In this document: in pieces, positions 1 through 11,600 of the stretch
Layout of the letters: each line of letters starts with the position of its first letter
How positions within the stretch are numbered: the stretch's first letter is position 1
Source: Candidatus Thorarchaeota archaeon
Lineage (GTDB): Archaea; Asgardarchaeota; Thorarchaeia; Thorarchaeales; Thorarchaeaceae
NCBI GenBank assembly: GCA_011364905.1
Contig: RDNZ01000008.1
Location: forward strand, 16,923 to 80,922
Length of the DNA: 64,000 nt
Direction: 5' to 3'
Translations under genes and position numbers: made by a program
Notes under the pieces: generated by a model
What the model saw: the letters and a program-made list of their open reading frames with translations, nothing else
Databases searched by the model: none
Told to the model about the DNA's origin: nothing

Positions 1-749
1 ACAACACTAACGCAGAGGATTGTAGTCTTGAGTGTGTTGAAGAACTCAGATACGCATTACAAGTGGAGGGAAATGACATTGCAATCACAGTGATGGAACC
101 AATATGCGGCGAGGGGGGTCTCATTGTGCCTCCATCTAAGGCAGTTCAAGGCATCTATGACCTAACGCGTGAAGTCGGAGCCTACTTCATGTCTGATGAG
201 GTTCAAGCCGGAATGGGCCGAACAGGCAAATGGTGTGCGATCGAGAATCATGGTGTTGTTCCTGATTATGTTTCAATGGGCAAAGCCATTGGTGGTGGTT
301 ATCCAATGGGCGCCTCAATAGGGCCCTCACCCATGTTCTCAGGGATTGCACGTCATTCCGAAACTTTCTCTGCAGAGCCAAAGATGTCACTCCTTTCCCT
401 ATGGGTCATCAAAACACTAGAAGATGGTGAATATCTCCGAAAGAATAGAGAGAATGGTGAATATCTCATGAAACGTCTGAATGAACTGAGGGACAGACAT
501 GAGGTTGTTGGAGATATCAGAGGAATTGGTCTTATGATTGGAGTCGAATTCGTCAAAGACAAGAAATCCAAAGAAAAAGATCCAAAGCTTCGGAATAGTA
601 TTGTGAAAAACGCGGTCCAAGTGCAAAAAATGTGGATGCTTGGTGCAGGACAAAATGTGATCCGTTTCACTCCAAGCTATATCATCTCAAGGGACAATAT
701 CGATGATGCCGTAGACCGTCTTGATAGAGCAATCAAAGCTTCTGTCTAG
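1..749 (+). CDS. Class III (PLP-dependent) aminotransferase, acetylornithine/4-aminobutyrate type; 5'-partial
   Basis: EPICGEGG, DEVQAGMGRTG, PLP lysine in SMGKAIGGG, GDIRGIGLMIGVEFV; the frame is open back to position 3, so the gene starts before the window. Confidence 0.9.
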   Translation, partial: NTNAEDCSLECVEELRYALQVEGNDIAITVMEPICGEGGLIVPPSKAVQGIYDLTREVGAYFMSDEVQAGMGRTGKWCAIENHGVVPDYVSMGKAIGGGYPMGASIGPSPMFSGIARHSETFSAEPKMSLLSLWVIKTLEDGEYLRKNRENGEYLMKRLNELRDRHEVVGDIRGIGLMIGVEFVKDKKSKEKDPKLRNSIVKNAVQVQKMWMLGAGQNVIRFTPSYIISRDNIDDAVDRLDRAIKASV

Positions 750-808
750 TACAGAAAAAAGAAGAAGACCCATCTCTAGTCCAAAGACAAGAGATGAGTG
801 CTCTACGT

Positions 809-1141
809 TTACAGTAGCCAGAGAATTGAGCCAATGATGACGAGTATGCCACCAATGTCGCTTGCGAACAGAACCATCAGGATACCAACAATGAGTACGA
901 CGATGAATTTGTTCGTCTTTCCAAAGTCTAAAGCTTTAATCTTGAGGAAACCGCTGTTCACTAATGCGATAAGTGAGAATATGATCGCAAGAATGCCCAA
1001 GACAATCGCGTTAAGGTATCCTCCTAGTGGATTGAAAAACATGAAACCCCCACCTGGGATTAGAAGTAGGATTCCTTGGATTAAGCCGATAAGAGCACCA
1101 ATGAGAACCAATAGGTCTCCAATTTGCTTCAGATTCGCCAT
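809..1141 (-). CDS. Small integral membrane protein (about 4 TM helices), unknown function
   Basis: 110 aa, almost entirely hydrophobic Gly-rich helices; ATG start preceded by GGAG. Confidence 0.75.
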   Translation of the reverse strand: MANLKQIGDLLVLIGALIGLIQGILLLIPGGGFMFFNPLGGYLNAIVLGILAIIFSLIALVNSGFLKIKALDFGKTNKFIVVLIVGILMVLFASDIGGILVIIGSILWLL

Positions 1142-1224
1142 TTTTTCTTTTTTCTCCTTCTACGTATACACCCCTCAAAAGGGCTTAGAGACGCACATCT
1201 GCACAGTATTTAATGTTATCGACT

Positions 1225-1244
1225 AAATTAACAAACGTTAATTT
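1225..1244. promoter_or_regulatory. 8-4-8 inverted repeat between divergent promoters, candidate operator
   Basis: AAATTAAC-aaac-GTTAATTT, flanked by TATA-like elements on both strands. Confidence 0.4.
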
Positions 1245-1294
1245 GTAATGTGAACCTATAAGGGTGGGATTTTGTTAAAGCGTACTGGATATGA

Positions 1295-2641
1295 TTGCAA
1301 AAGGCGGTTAGAAAAGTGAATACTTCAACTCCAAATGATATGCATGATAGCTCTTCTCAAGAGTTGGAGTTTGAAGGGGGTATCAATCCTAGAATCGACA
1401 TCCCCAATGGTGGTGAGATTCTTATTATAAGCAATGACCAGTCCTATCTGACGCATGGGATCCACAAGTTTCCAGCTAAGTTCTTTCCTGAACTGCCCCG
1501 TTATCTAATCCAGAAATATTCAGTTGCTGGTGAAACAGTTCTCGATCCAATGTGTGGGAGCGGGACCGTGGTCTTAGAGGCCATTTTAAACAATCGGATT
1601 GGAATCGGGATTGATATAGACCCAATCGCGAGATTGATTACAAAAGTAAAGACCACTACTATTGATCCTGGATTTCTAATCAAATCAGCAAGAAACCTTG
1701 TCAAACAGATCCATGAACTTGATAGTCTGCCTGATTATCAGCCTTCGATACCTGAATTTCACTATCGAGAGAACTGGTTTCGTTCGTATGTGTTGCGCGA
1801 GTTGGCAATAATCACTGAGAGTATTGATAATCTATTCTTGCCAAAGCAAAACGATACCATGTTTCACGACATCCGTGACTTCTGCCGAGTTGTACTTTCT
1901 TCTATCATTAGAGATGTTTCTAATGCGGATCCACATTGCACACGCACGGTTCTTAGAAAGAAAGTGGTGAAGAATATTCGCCCTGGTGATACGCTTAAGA
2001 AATTCTCCGAAACCATCTTTCGTCAGTGTGACTCAATGTGTGAGTTTTTTGATGTCTCTCAAGCACTAACCTTCAAAGACGTGCGGCTCCCAGATAGGAA
2101 TGCGCTCAAAACTGGATTGGACAGTGACACCATCGACCTGATAATAACTTCGCCTCCATACATCAATGCTGTGGATTACCCTCGAACACACCAGTTAGAG
2201 ATGTACTGGCTAGGTCTTCTAGGGGATGGTCCACTTTCCCGCTTGAAACGGACTTACATTGGAACTGAGACTGTTTACAAGGAAGAGTATGAACATCTAA
2301 AGACCACTGGTTATGAAACCCTGGACCCAATACTTGAGGAGATATACGAGAAAGACCCTCGACGATCCTTCATCGTTTTCAAATTCTTTGATGATATGAA
2401 GTCCCAGCTTGAAGAGATGTACAGGATACTCAAGCCAGGGGGCCATTATTGTATCACAATTGGCAGTAATCAAATTCGTGGAGTGGAAGTCCGTTCAGAC
2501 CGGATTCTCGCTGAAATTGCTACTGCAGGAATGGGATTCGAGCAGGAAAACACTTTCTTCTCGAAACTCATTCGTCACTTTATCAGAATTCCTCGACCTG
2601 AACGGATGCTGGGCGAGTGGATTTTAATCTTGAGAAAGTGA
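1295..2641 (+). CDS. Site-specific DNA amino-methyltransferase (likely m4C, alpha-type motif order), orphan
   Basis: THGIHKFPAKF, motif I LDPMCGSGT ahead of motif IV TSPPY, EMYRILKPGG; no restriction endonuclease adjacent; start uncertain (TTG or a downstream ATG). Confidence 0.85.
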   Translation: MQKAVRKVNTSTPNDMHDSSSQELEFEGGINPRIDIPNGGEILIISNDQSYLTHGIHKFPAKFFPELPRYLIQKYSVAGETVLDPMCGSGTVVLEAILNNRIGIGIDIDPIARLITKVKTTTIDPGFLIKSARNLVKQIHELDSLPDYQPSIPEFHYRENWFRSYVLRELAIITESIDNLFLPKQNDTMFHDIRDFCRVVLSSIIRDVSNADPHCTRTVLRKKVVKNIRPGDTLKKFSETIFRQCDSMCEFFDVSQALTFKDVRLPDRNALKTGLDSDTIDLIITSPPYINAVDYPRTHQLEMYWLGLLGDGPLSRLKRTYIGTETVYKEEYEHLKTTGYETLDPILEEIYEKDPRRSFIVFKFFDDMKSQLEEMYRILKPGGHYCITIGSNQIRGVEVRSDRILAEIATAGMGFEQENTFFSKLIRHFIRIPRPERMLGEWILILRK

Positions 2642-2678
2642 TTCCGATTCTGAACGGTACTCGCGTTTCCTTTCCGCA

Positions 2679-5600
2679 TCATTTCTTAGCATCAAGATCC
2701 GCGTCGATACTTTTCAGGAGTTCATCAATTAGGGCACTAGGAAGATTCTTCGCTTGTTTCAGAATTGATGCGATTTCCTCTTGTGGTAAACCTCTTTGTT
2801 CAAGTTGTTCACGGAGATTTTCAATCTCAAGATCGCTCAATCGGTCCTCGAACTCCACCTCTTTAATTGGCACTTCAAGCTCTGTGTCTTCGATCGATTC
2901 GAGAAACGCCTGAATCTTCTCTCTCGGAGCTGTTTTTGCTTCCTCAATTATGGCGTCAATTTCCTGTTTCGGAACTTTCTTCCGGACCAATTCGGCGCGT
3001 AGGTCCTCTCGTTCCTTGTCTGATAACGTATCGACTTTCTTTCTGGGTTTTTTCTTGGTTTTTGTTTCTGGCTTTTTGAAGAACTCAAGAGCAAGTTCTC
3101 TTGGCAGCTCTCTGGCCTGCTCCATAATCGAATCTATTTCACGTTCACTTGCCTTTCGCTTGATCAACTCAGAACGAAGATCCTCTAACTCCTTTTCAGA
3201 TAGATGTTCTACTTCTCCTTCTTCTATTTCTGGTTTCTTCCTAGGTGTGAAACCTTCCAGCAGCATCTGAACTACATCCTTCGGTAGATCTCTGGCTTGA
3301 GTGACGAATGACTCGATCTCATGAGATGGAATGCCACGTTTCTCTAGCTGCTCTGCCATTTCTGCTAATTCTATTTCACGTAGTCGATGTTCAAAATCGA
3401 GACCAGTTTCCTCCTCTTCTGAGACCTCTGTATCTTCTTCGAGATCTTCATAGAGATCTGGTTTGGCTACGGTTGCAGCTCCCCCAATCCTCTTTCTTCT
3501 TTCTTCCACGACCTCGTCCATGACCTGCTCTACAGACTTGTTTTGAACCCCTGCAACCCTAATTGCCTCTTGCCCAATTACCTCTCTCACAAAGCTAGTT
3601 TGTTGACTCATTTTCATCTTTGCAATCTCAAACTTGAAGTCGTCAAGCTCTTGTTGAGTCATTCCAGTGAGAATTGCAAGGTCAATAATCAGTTCATCTA
3701 TTTCGGGGACTTCTATAATGATGGACTCTGCTGGTAGTTGAGAAGCTTTTCTCTTTATTCCAATTGGCTCATTCAATTCATTGAATAGTTCTGCAACGAT
3801 GGCTTGTCTTGACCGCATACCCTTCGCTGGTTTTGGCACCTTATTCCTGCGTAGTCGTCGGACCTGACCACTGATTATTCTAATTATCTTCGGCACCCTC
3901 AAAATCCTTACCCACAGGACACCGAAAAGAATCATGAAGATGATAAATGCACCACCAACTGTCATTACGAACCGTTGCGTAAGTTGTTCACTTGATGGGC
4001 TGACAGAGATCGAAAGCGCCACGTCATCAGCAACATAGTATGTCTTGTTGAAGTGAATTGTCACATCTGCAACACCAGTTCTATCCGTTGCTGTGACACG
4101 GAACAGATAGTAACCCTGGCGACTTTCATCCGGACCAAGATACTCGACCTTGGCAAATAGGGGTCCTTTATTATCTATAGTAATCATGGCCTCAGTAATG
4201 CCCTCTGAAGGATGTCCTGGCCACGCGTCTGAATAATAGATCGAGAAAGTAGTGTTCATTCCCCAATGAAGCGATATCACTTCTGGTCCCATGACCTCAA
4301 GATTCGTTTGAATCTCGATGATTTGAATATCGAAGTCAAATACTGCTGTAGTACGGTTTTCGAGAGCGAGTTGAATGTGAAACGATATCGTTAGATCCAA
4401 ATCCCAGTCAAGTGTGTTAAAGACAAATGTGTAATTACCAAATCCTTGATCGGATAAAGTGAGTGGTTCTTCATAGACACCCCTTCCACTATAGAACGAA
4501 CCATTGAAGATTCCATCAGGAATTCCCATTGCAGCGTAGGTGTCATTGTACAATAGTGTGATAGTTAGTATGTCTCCATATGGGACTTGTAGATGTGCCC
4601 ATGAGTCTCCGATTTGATATAATTCTGGTAGAAGAATTGAGATGTCAGTGGGGACTGGGGCAATATGAATTCTAATCGTTGTTTCCACATTATCATAGTT
4701 TGCCTTTCGGAATTCCATCGCAATGGTGTATGTACCTGGTCTCAATGTTGCTGTATCTATTGGGATGCCATAGACTCCTTCGCCAAGATAGGATGCACTG
4801 CCAACTCCTCCTGCCCAGGAGAACGTGAATGTATCTGCCTCCATGCCCTGGGCATGATAACTATCATAGTATGTAACATTGACCAGCCCTGCCCATCCCC
4901 AATCAAATTCACCGGTTCCCGGTTGTATAATAATTGCCTCTAGATTCTTCACGAATATTGATGTGGAATTGTCTGCTCTCTCATAATCATCACTTGGTGC
5001 ATTAGCAGAAATGATGAAGGTGTGCAGTCCAGTAATGTCTATGCTCGTATTGAAGTCATAGTAATAATATCCTGGTCCTCCTATTGATGCCCCATTCGTG
5101 AGTGTCCCATTTTTGGCGAGTTCTGGCGAGTTCCATGTCACAAAAAGCCCATCCAAACCTGTAGAAAATGGATATGACGCGTTAAGGGCTGGAGCAAGAA
5201 CATATACTCCAATTCTGACGACATCAGACCAATTGATAGGGTTGGATTCGTAAGCTGCAGTGATATTGTCGAACCAAACGACCATCTGAATCTTTGATAT
5301 CGCCATAATCAGCGTTGTCGATGCATCCGCGTAGTTTTGTTTTCCAGCATTCACATGAATCTGGTAACTTCCGAAACCAGCAGATCCAGTTGATATAAGA
5401 AATCTGTAGTATCCTGGTCTGCTTGGTATTTCTGTCAATGTGAGGTTGCCCTCATAATCCCACCACGCTGATACATATGCTTCAGTCACAAGACTGTCAT
5501 CAAGAGAGTCTCCAATATACACAATTACTTCTTCAGCATCTCCCTGGGAAACTGTGAAGACATAATTATTACCTTCTGGAATGACTTCCATGGGTCTTGG

Positions 5601-8600
5601 CAGTAACCTGAAAACTAGCTGCTCTGTAGCATCAATGTAGTTTGGTGCACTGCCTTTGATTACAACGATTATTGTATCAGATACTGTGCCAGAGCTAGTA
5701 TCCAGAATTGCAGTGTAATTGCCGGGTACACCGGATGGGATGAATGGACCAACTCCACCATCCCAGTCAAATGTGATAGTTGCTAATGATACTGTCTGAT
5801 TCCTCAATGTGTCATTCAAAGATGCGAAAATTGTGAGAGGTTCACCCCAATATACCTCATTTGTAGACCTTGGTCCACTCCAGGCTATAATTAGGTTGGA
5901 TGGGACTGCAAGGAGATTAATATCAACTTTCAACGTATTAATCGAATAATGCAAGAGATTTGCGCCCACAGTCAAAATTTGCGAGCCATAGTTCAAATTG
6001 ACTGTCTGAAGTGTCAGGTTATAGCTACCATTTCCAAGGTCATCATATGAGTTTGAGTCACTCCAAGTGAGATCGAGAGTGGCTCCAGCAAGTGGGCTAT
6101 CGTTGTCATCAGAGTCAACAAGGTATATCATGACCGATGTGGCATAGCCTGCATAGTTTGCAGGAGCAACATCTGCTGAAAGTCCTGCAACTCTGTTCCT
6201 TAATCCAAACACTACAGCTGTCTGAGCGGTTTGATATTGAGACATAGCAATTGTCACATTTACTGTTTTCAGACCTGCACTTATCGAATCCATCATGCTC
6301 AGAATAATGTTATATTGTCCACCACCTAATGCTTGGACAGTCCATGAGGATGGTTCCAGTCCTGATGGCTCGTATCTGACTATTATCTGCCCTTCTGCTC
6401 CGTTTATTGGGACTGCATGGTCAGTATCATTGAATTGTATCACAAAAGAAACATCTTCATAAAATGCAACAACTGAGGGCGATGGCAATCCACTTGAAAC
6501 AGATGTTTGAATTGCACGGACCACCCCATGTACCTCTGGTGAGCTGATATTTACATAAAATGGACTTACCAAAGCACTCCATTGTACTTCAATTGAGAAT
6601 GTGAAAACGCCAATGCTTCCTAAAGAGGATGTGCTGATAAGAATTTCATACTTTCCCGAATCAATGCCTGTTCCCATTTGTACCCAATAGTCCAGTCCCT
6701 CAGCAAGACCCGGTACTTCAACACAATCGAGAACTATAGTTGCACCCTCTATTCCGTTTCTTTTCCTAAGATCAGTGTAGATCAAGTTTATACTCATTAG
6801 GTCTCCAATTGGCGTTTCTTCAATTTGACTTAACTCGACAGTTCCCACTCTGCCAACAGTGTTAACAAAGATTGAGACTGCGTCATCCTTGTAATAAGGT
6901 GCTCCGCCAGTCCAACCAACCTGAATTGTTATGTTCCAGCTACTTACCAGGTTTGCAGCTATCACAGTAGAATTGATTTGTAGTCGAAATATTGAGCCAA
7001 TTGGCTGAACCACATACTCACCAGATGCAAGAAGGATTCCTCCGCTGAATATCGTGATATCATTGAGAGAAACTAGCACTCTTGCGCCCGTCGATATATC
7101 GACAAACGTAAAGTCCAATGTCACGTTATCAAGGTACCATGTCTGACCTGGTGGAAATACAATCTCAACATTTGATGGTCGCTCAGTGACAGGAATGTTG
7201 ATTGCACGTAGTGCTTCGTTGTAGTAAGGCGATCCCGCAGACCAGTTGGCTGTAACCTGTATTGTTTTCACTCCTGGAATTCCAAGAACTGATGTATCTA
7301 TTGAGATTAGGTATTGACCTGGGCTATTCTCATTGATTATATAGTCGATGGATGGCTCAAGTAGTACCACTCCATAATGGAGATAGATTGTTCCACCTGA
7401 TATGCCTAAGGAGGTTGATGCATCCTTATACAGAATAGTGAAGTTTGCATAGTCCTGGTAAAGAGTTTGAGATGGTGATGAAATCAAATCCAGACTTGTG
7501 TCGCGCTCCTTCATCTCGAAAGGCACAAGTATATCGTTCCAATCATAGAACGGTGCAGCAAATTCAGAACTGAAGTTCAACCAAAGATGATAGGTGCGTC
7601 CCAACTCGAGTGGTTGGTTATAGGTTTCAACTGTGAGGAGATAGTTCTGGTGTGAGGGTCTCCAGGAACAAGTGAATAGCCAATCTGTTCCATTAAGAAT
7701 CTCTAGAGCTACTATAATTCCAGTATCGTTTCCTATCGGCAAAAAGGTGTCGAGGTCTTGATAATGCAAGACTATGCTGAAAGAGTTCTCATAAGGAACT
7801 GATGCAACAGGTTCCGCAGTCAACAGGGTGGATCGTGGACTGACAGTAAGGCTCTTTGTTCCACTTCTGCTCTGATAATAAAACTGCTCAGATGAAGCTT
7901 CCACTCTCAATGAATAGAGTCCCGGTTGGCTGAAATACGATGTGTTCAGGTCCACACGATATTCTCCCGAACCTAAATCTGTAACCTGAATATAATTGGA
8001 GGGAATCAAATCTACTCCAACATATACCTCAATCGTGGTGTTAAGAACTGCCTTGGAGGTTGAACCAGCAATATCAGTGTACGAAACAGTGAATGAAACA
8101 TTGTTGCCGTATGGTGTGGCGGGAGGTGTAGGATAGGTCAGAATTGTCTGACGTTCCACTATCGTTATGCCGATGTTTCGTCCTGTTACGTTCGAATAGA
8201 ATGGCAATCCACTCCAAGCAAGATTCAGTACTAGTGTTCTTGCTCCCAGTGGAGCTCCCAATTGACTTGTGTTGAATGAAACTTCATACAATCCTTCTAG
8301 GGAACTATAGGTCAGTGTGAAATCTGGTACATTTAGTGAAATCGTCATAACTGCGGGGTTGTAATCTATAGGGCTGGATAAGCCTCCAGTCGTATCTTCA
8401 TAAGTGAATGAGAATGTTGCATTTTCGCCAAAGGGCACATTGGTCGGAGGGATGACGGAGAGCGACGCAGTCCTAGGAAGGACTCTCACAGAAATCAAGT
8501 CAGTCCTGTTTGTGTAGAATGGAACCACACCAGCGGACCAGTTTATGAAAACTCTCATTGAAAAGATTCCAGTTCCTCCAACTATTGAATTGTTGAATCC

Positions 8601-11600
8601 GATTGAATACTCTCCTTTCCTGTTGACACTGTCTATCTCCCAAATGTCCACTATGGATAAATCAACGGAAGCGCCGACAAACTCAACATTGATGAAGACG
8701 TTGGATGTGTCATTCGTAATTCCACCTGTAGATGGGCTAGAATACAGGAATGTATAGACCATATAATCAAGGCAAGGAGAGGGAAGAGCAGCTTCAATCA
8801 ATGTTAGTTCAGTATCTGCTCCCAAAATTTCAACTACAATGGACAGGTATCTGTTCTCATACTTCTGAATACTTCCAGTCCAGTTGAAATAGACTCTAAG
8901 TTGTTGAATCCCAATGCCTCCAAACTGTGAGGCTGCAATCGATATAGTGTAATATCCATCGCCCCTGATTGAGTCATTACCCCAATTAACCACCAACTGG
9001 TGAGTTGTATTCCAGACTGTGCATAGGACATCAGAAGAGGCAATTCCTTGTAAATGATCGCGATCACCATAGTAGACAGAAACATTGATTGTCCCATCCG
9101 AAGTCGTGTCCTCCACTGGTGACAAAAGTCGTAATTCTGTTGTTATTGTTCGAACGACGACCGTGACATTGAATGTAGCTGCTTCATATTCTGGCCCAGC
9201 TGCGAAGTCAAAGACTAGAAGATAAGATGTCAATGCATCGCTGTCATAGGTATGAATTGTGATACTATATCGATTAGCCACCCAAACGATGTCAAAATGA
9301 GCCGGTGTCCAACTGCAGTTGTGATTCAGAGTGAAGATTGGTAGGTTATGATCCATATCAGTATAATCGACATAGAAAGTTCGAGAGTCACCCACAGGTA
9401 TTTCCAGCGCACTAATAGTAGCAGTGGCATAAGTTCTAATTTGTCGTATCTGAATGTCAATAGATATGGTCTTGTTCTCATAGGTTAATGCAGAAGCCTC
9501 AAAAGTCACACTATATGTTCCAATACCCCAAGAGGACGTGTTGAGCGTTACCCGATATCTTCCACTACTTATCAGTTGTTGACCGAGAATATCTGCTCCT
9601 GTCACATAAACAGTTGCTGTGTCAATTCCAATGCCTCTATCCAAATCAACAAACTCCAAGGTGACAATCGCATTTGTACTGTAGGATATTGTAAGAAGGG
9701 GATAATCTGGAGAAGTCAAATCACTTTGAGCTTGCGTGAATTGAAAACTAATGATAGGCGTTTGTGTGTTGGAGTAGTTCTCTGATATTCCAAAGACTAG
9801 GAAAACCCGTATACCATAGGCGCCTCCCGCGAAATATAAGTGATCGAGAGTTAATACGTAAGTTCCTGAAGGTTGAGCTGAGAATGTTTTGATGGTGTAG
9901 ACAGTCCCATTCTTATCCCTGATGATGAAGTGACTCTGTAAAAGACCATTCACGGGTGTATCGTCATATATTGAACTTGAGTCATTTACAGTCACATGAG
10001 TCGTTATCTCGAAGTCATCTCCGATTGGAAAAACATCAATGTCATCCCAAGAGAGGACAACGGCTAGCTTCTGGATCCTCAACAGTATCGACGTCGTCCC
10101 ATCATAGAAGTACCTCGGAGAAGTTGTAGCGAGGATTGTAATGTCAATTACATAGGTGCCTAATGTCCAATCCTGAGAGTCGATGAGGACCTGAAGTGAA
10201 CCAAAAGATGCAGACCCACCAGCCCACTCAGCCAAAACGCTAGACAGATTTCCTGATATTGCGGCATTTCCAGCGTCACGGTCTAGTAATTGAAGAGTGA
10301 CGGTGGCATTGGACCCCATGGATATAGTGCCATCATAGGAAGCCACTACGGTTGTCCTATGCGGTCTTACAGTTACTGCCACTGTGATTTGGGCTGGTTG
10401 ATAATTAGTCCCATCGATTGTGAAATTGAACAAATAAACTCCAACGTCATAGGAATCAACTTCGATTTGGACCGAGTATCTCCCATCAAGAAGGTCTGCG
10501 TATTGGAACACTCCATCACCAAGTAGTGTTCCTCCAATTATCCCCGCATCACTGTGATCAGTATCCAGCCAATTGAGTGTGATACTCGCATTACGTCCCC
10601 AAGGTACGCTGACTGGATTTACCTCGATCTGAACGAGGTCTGTCTTTATCTCCCTATAGCGGAATACAACATCAACTGAACTTCCTATCACAAAGCTTTG
10701 AGCTGGAACTGCATTTATTGTATAGCAATGTGTTCCGAAGCTCGAGCCTGTTGAAACCAGGCTGACAAGATACGTACCGTTGTTATAGTCTGTAACACCA
10801 TTAATCGTACCATTTGATGTGAAAGATGCCCCATCGTAACCCGCTCTGGTAATTGCATCTTCAAGCTCCACTTTGACACTAAAGTCATCACCATAGGGCG
10901 TTGAGGGGGGTGTCTTGAAAGATAGAATAGTGTTGCGTGAAAGTTCCAAATCAAAGAAAGTTGTTGCATCTATCAGGTACTGATGGCTCGAAACGATATT
11001 GATTCTCCAATTTCCAGGTTGATTGAGGTCCGAGGTGTTGAGAGTCTTCCCATAGATGCCGTTACCATAGTCTTCCAATTGAATCTGTGTTTCGGCTCCC
11101 GAGATACTCCAGTTCATTGCAACTTTAGAGCCCGCCACATCTTGGGAAGTTTCAGTATTTGTCAGTTGAACTTCGACTTTGAGAAGATCTCCTGCAGTCC
11201 GTACTGCCACACCATCTCCAACTGCGTCTGTGGGTGATAATAGACTAAGTGACGATGCATGTTTGACGGTGAACAATCTGCTATACCTTCCAACGCGTTC
11301 TGGACTTGAATCAGCTGTGTTATTGAAATCGACATGAACCTCCCAGAGCCCATTTGGCCATGCACTTGTCACACTTATTCCAGTCCATTCAAACTGACCA
11401 CTTCCATCCTGAGTAAGATCATCTGTGCTGTAAAAGAGCTGACCACTTGAATCAATCAAAGAAAGCCGCATTGCGGACCCAGGAATCATCGTAGCAGTTC
11501 CTCGGAATTTTGCAGAGTCTCCAATTTGCAGTGCTACAGAGTTTCCATATGCCCCCGCATTCGCGCCACACTCAAGATTTGTGATCTCATTGGAGGATGA

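Noticed and set aside
798-1226. 142-aa plus-strand ORF, and the many other short antisense/overlapping ORFs in the track
   Set aside because: They are shadows of well-supported genes on the opposite strand or in another frame, with no recognisable motifs
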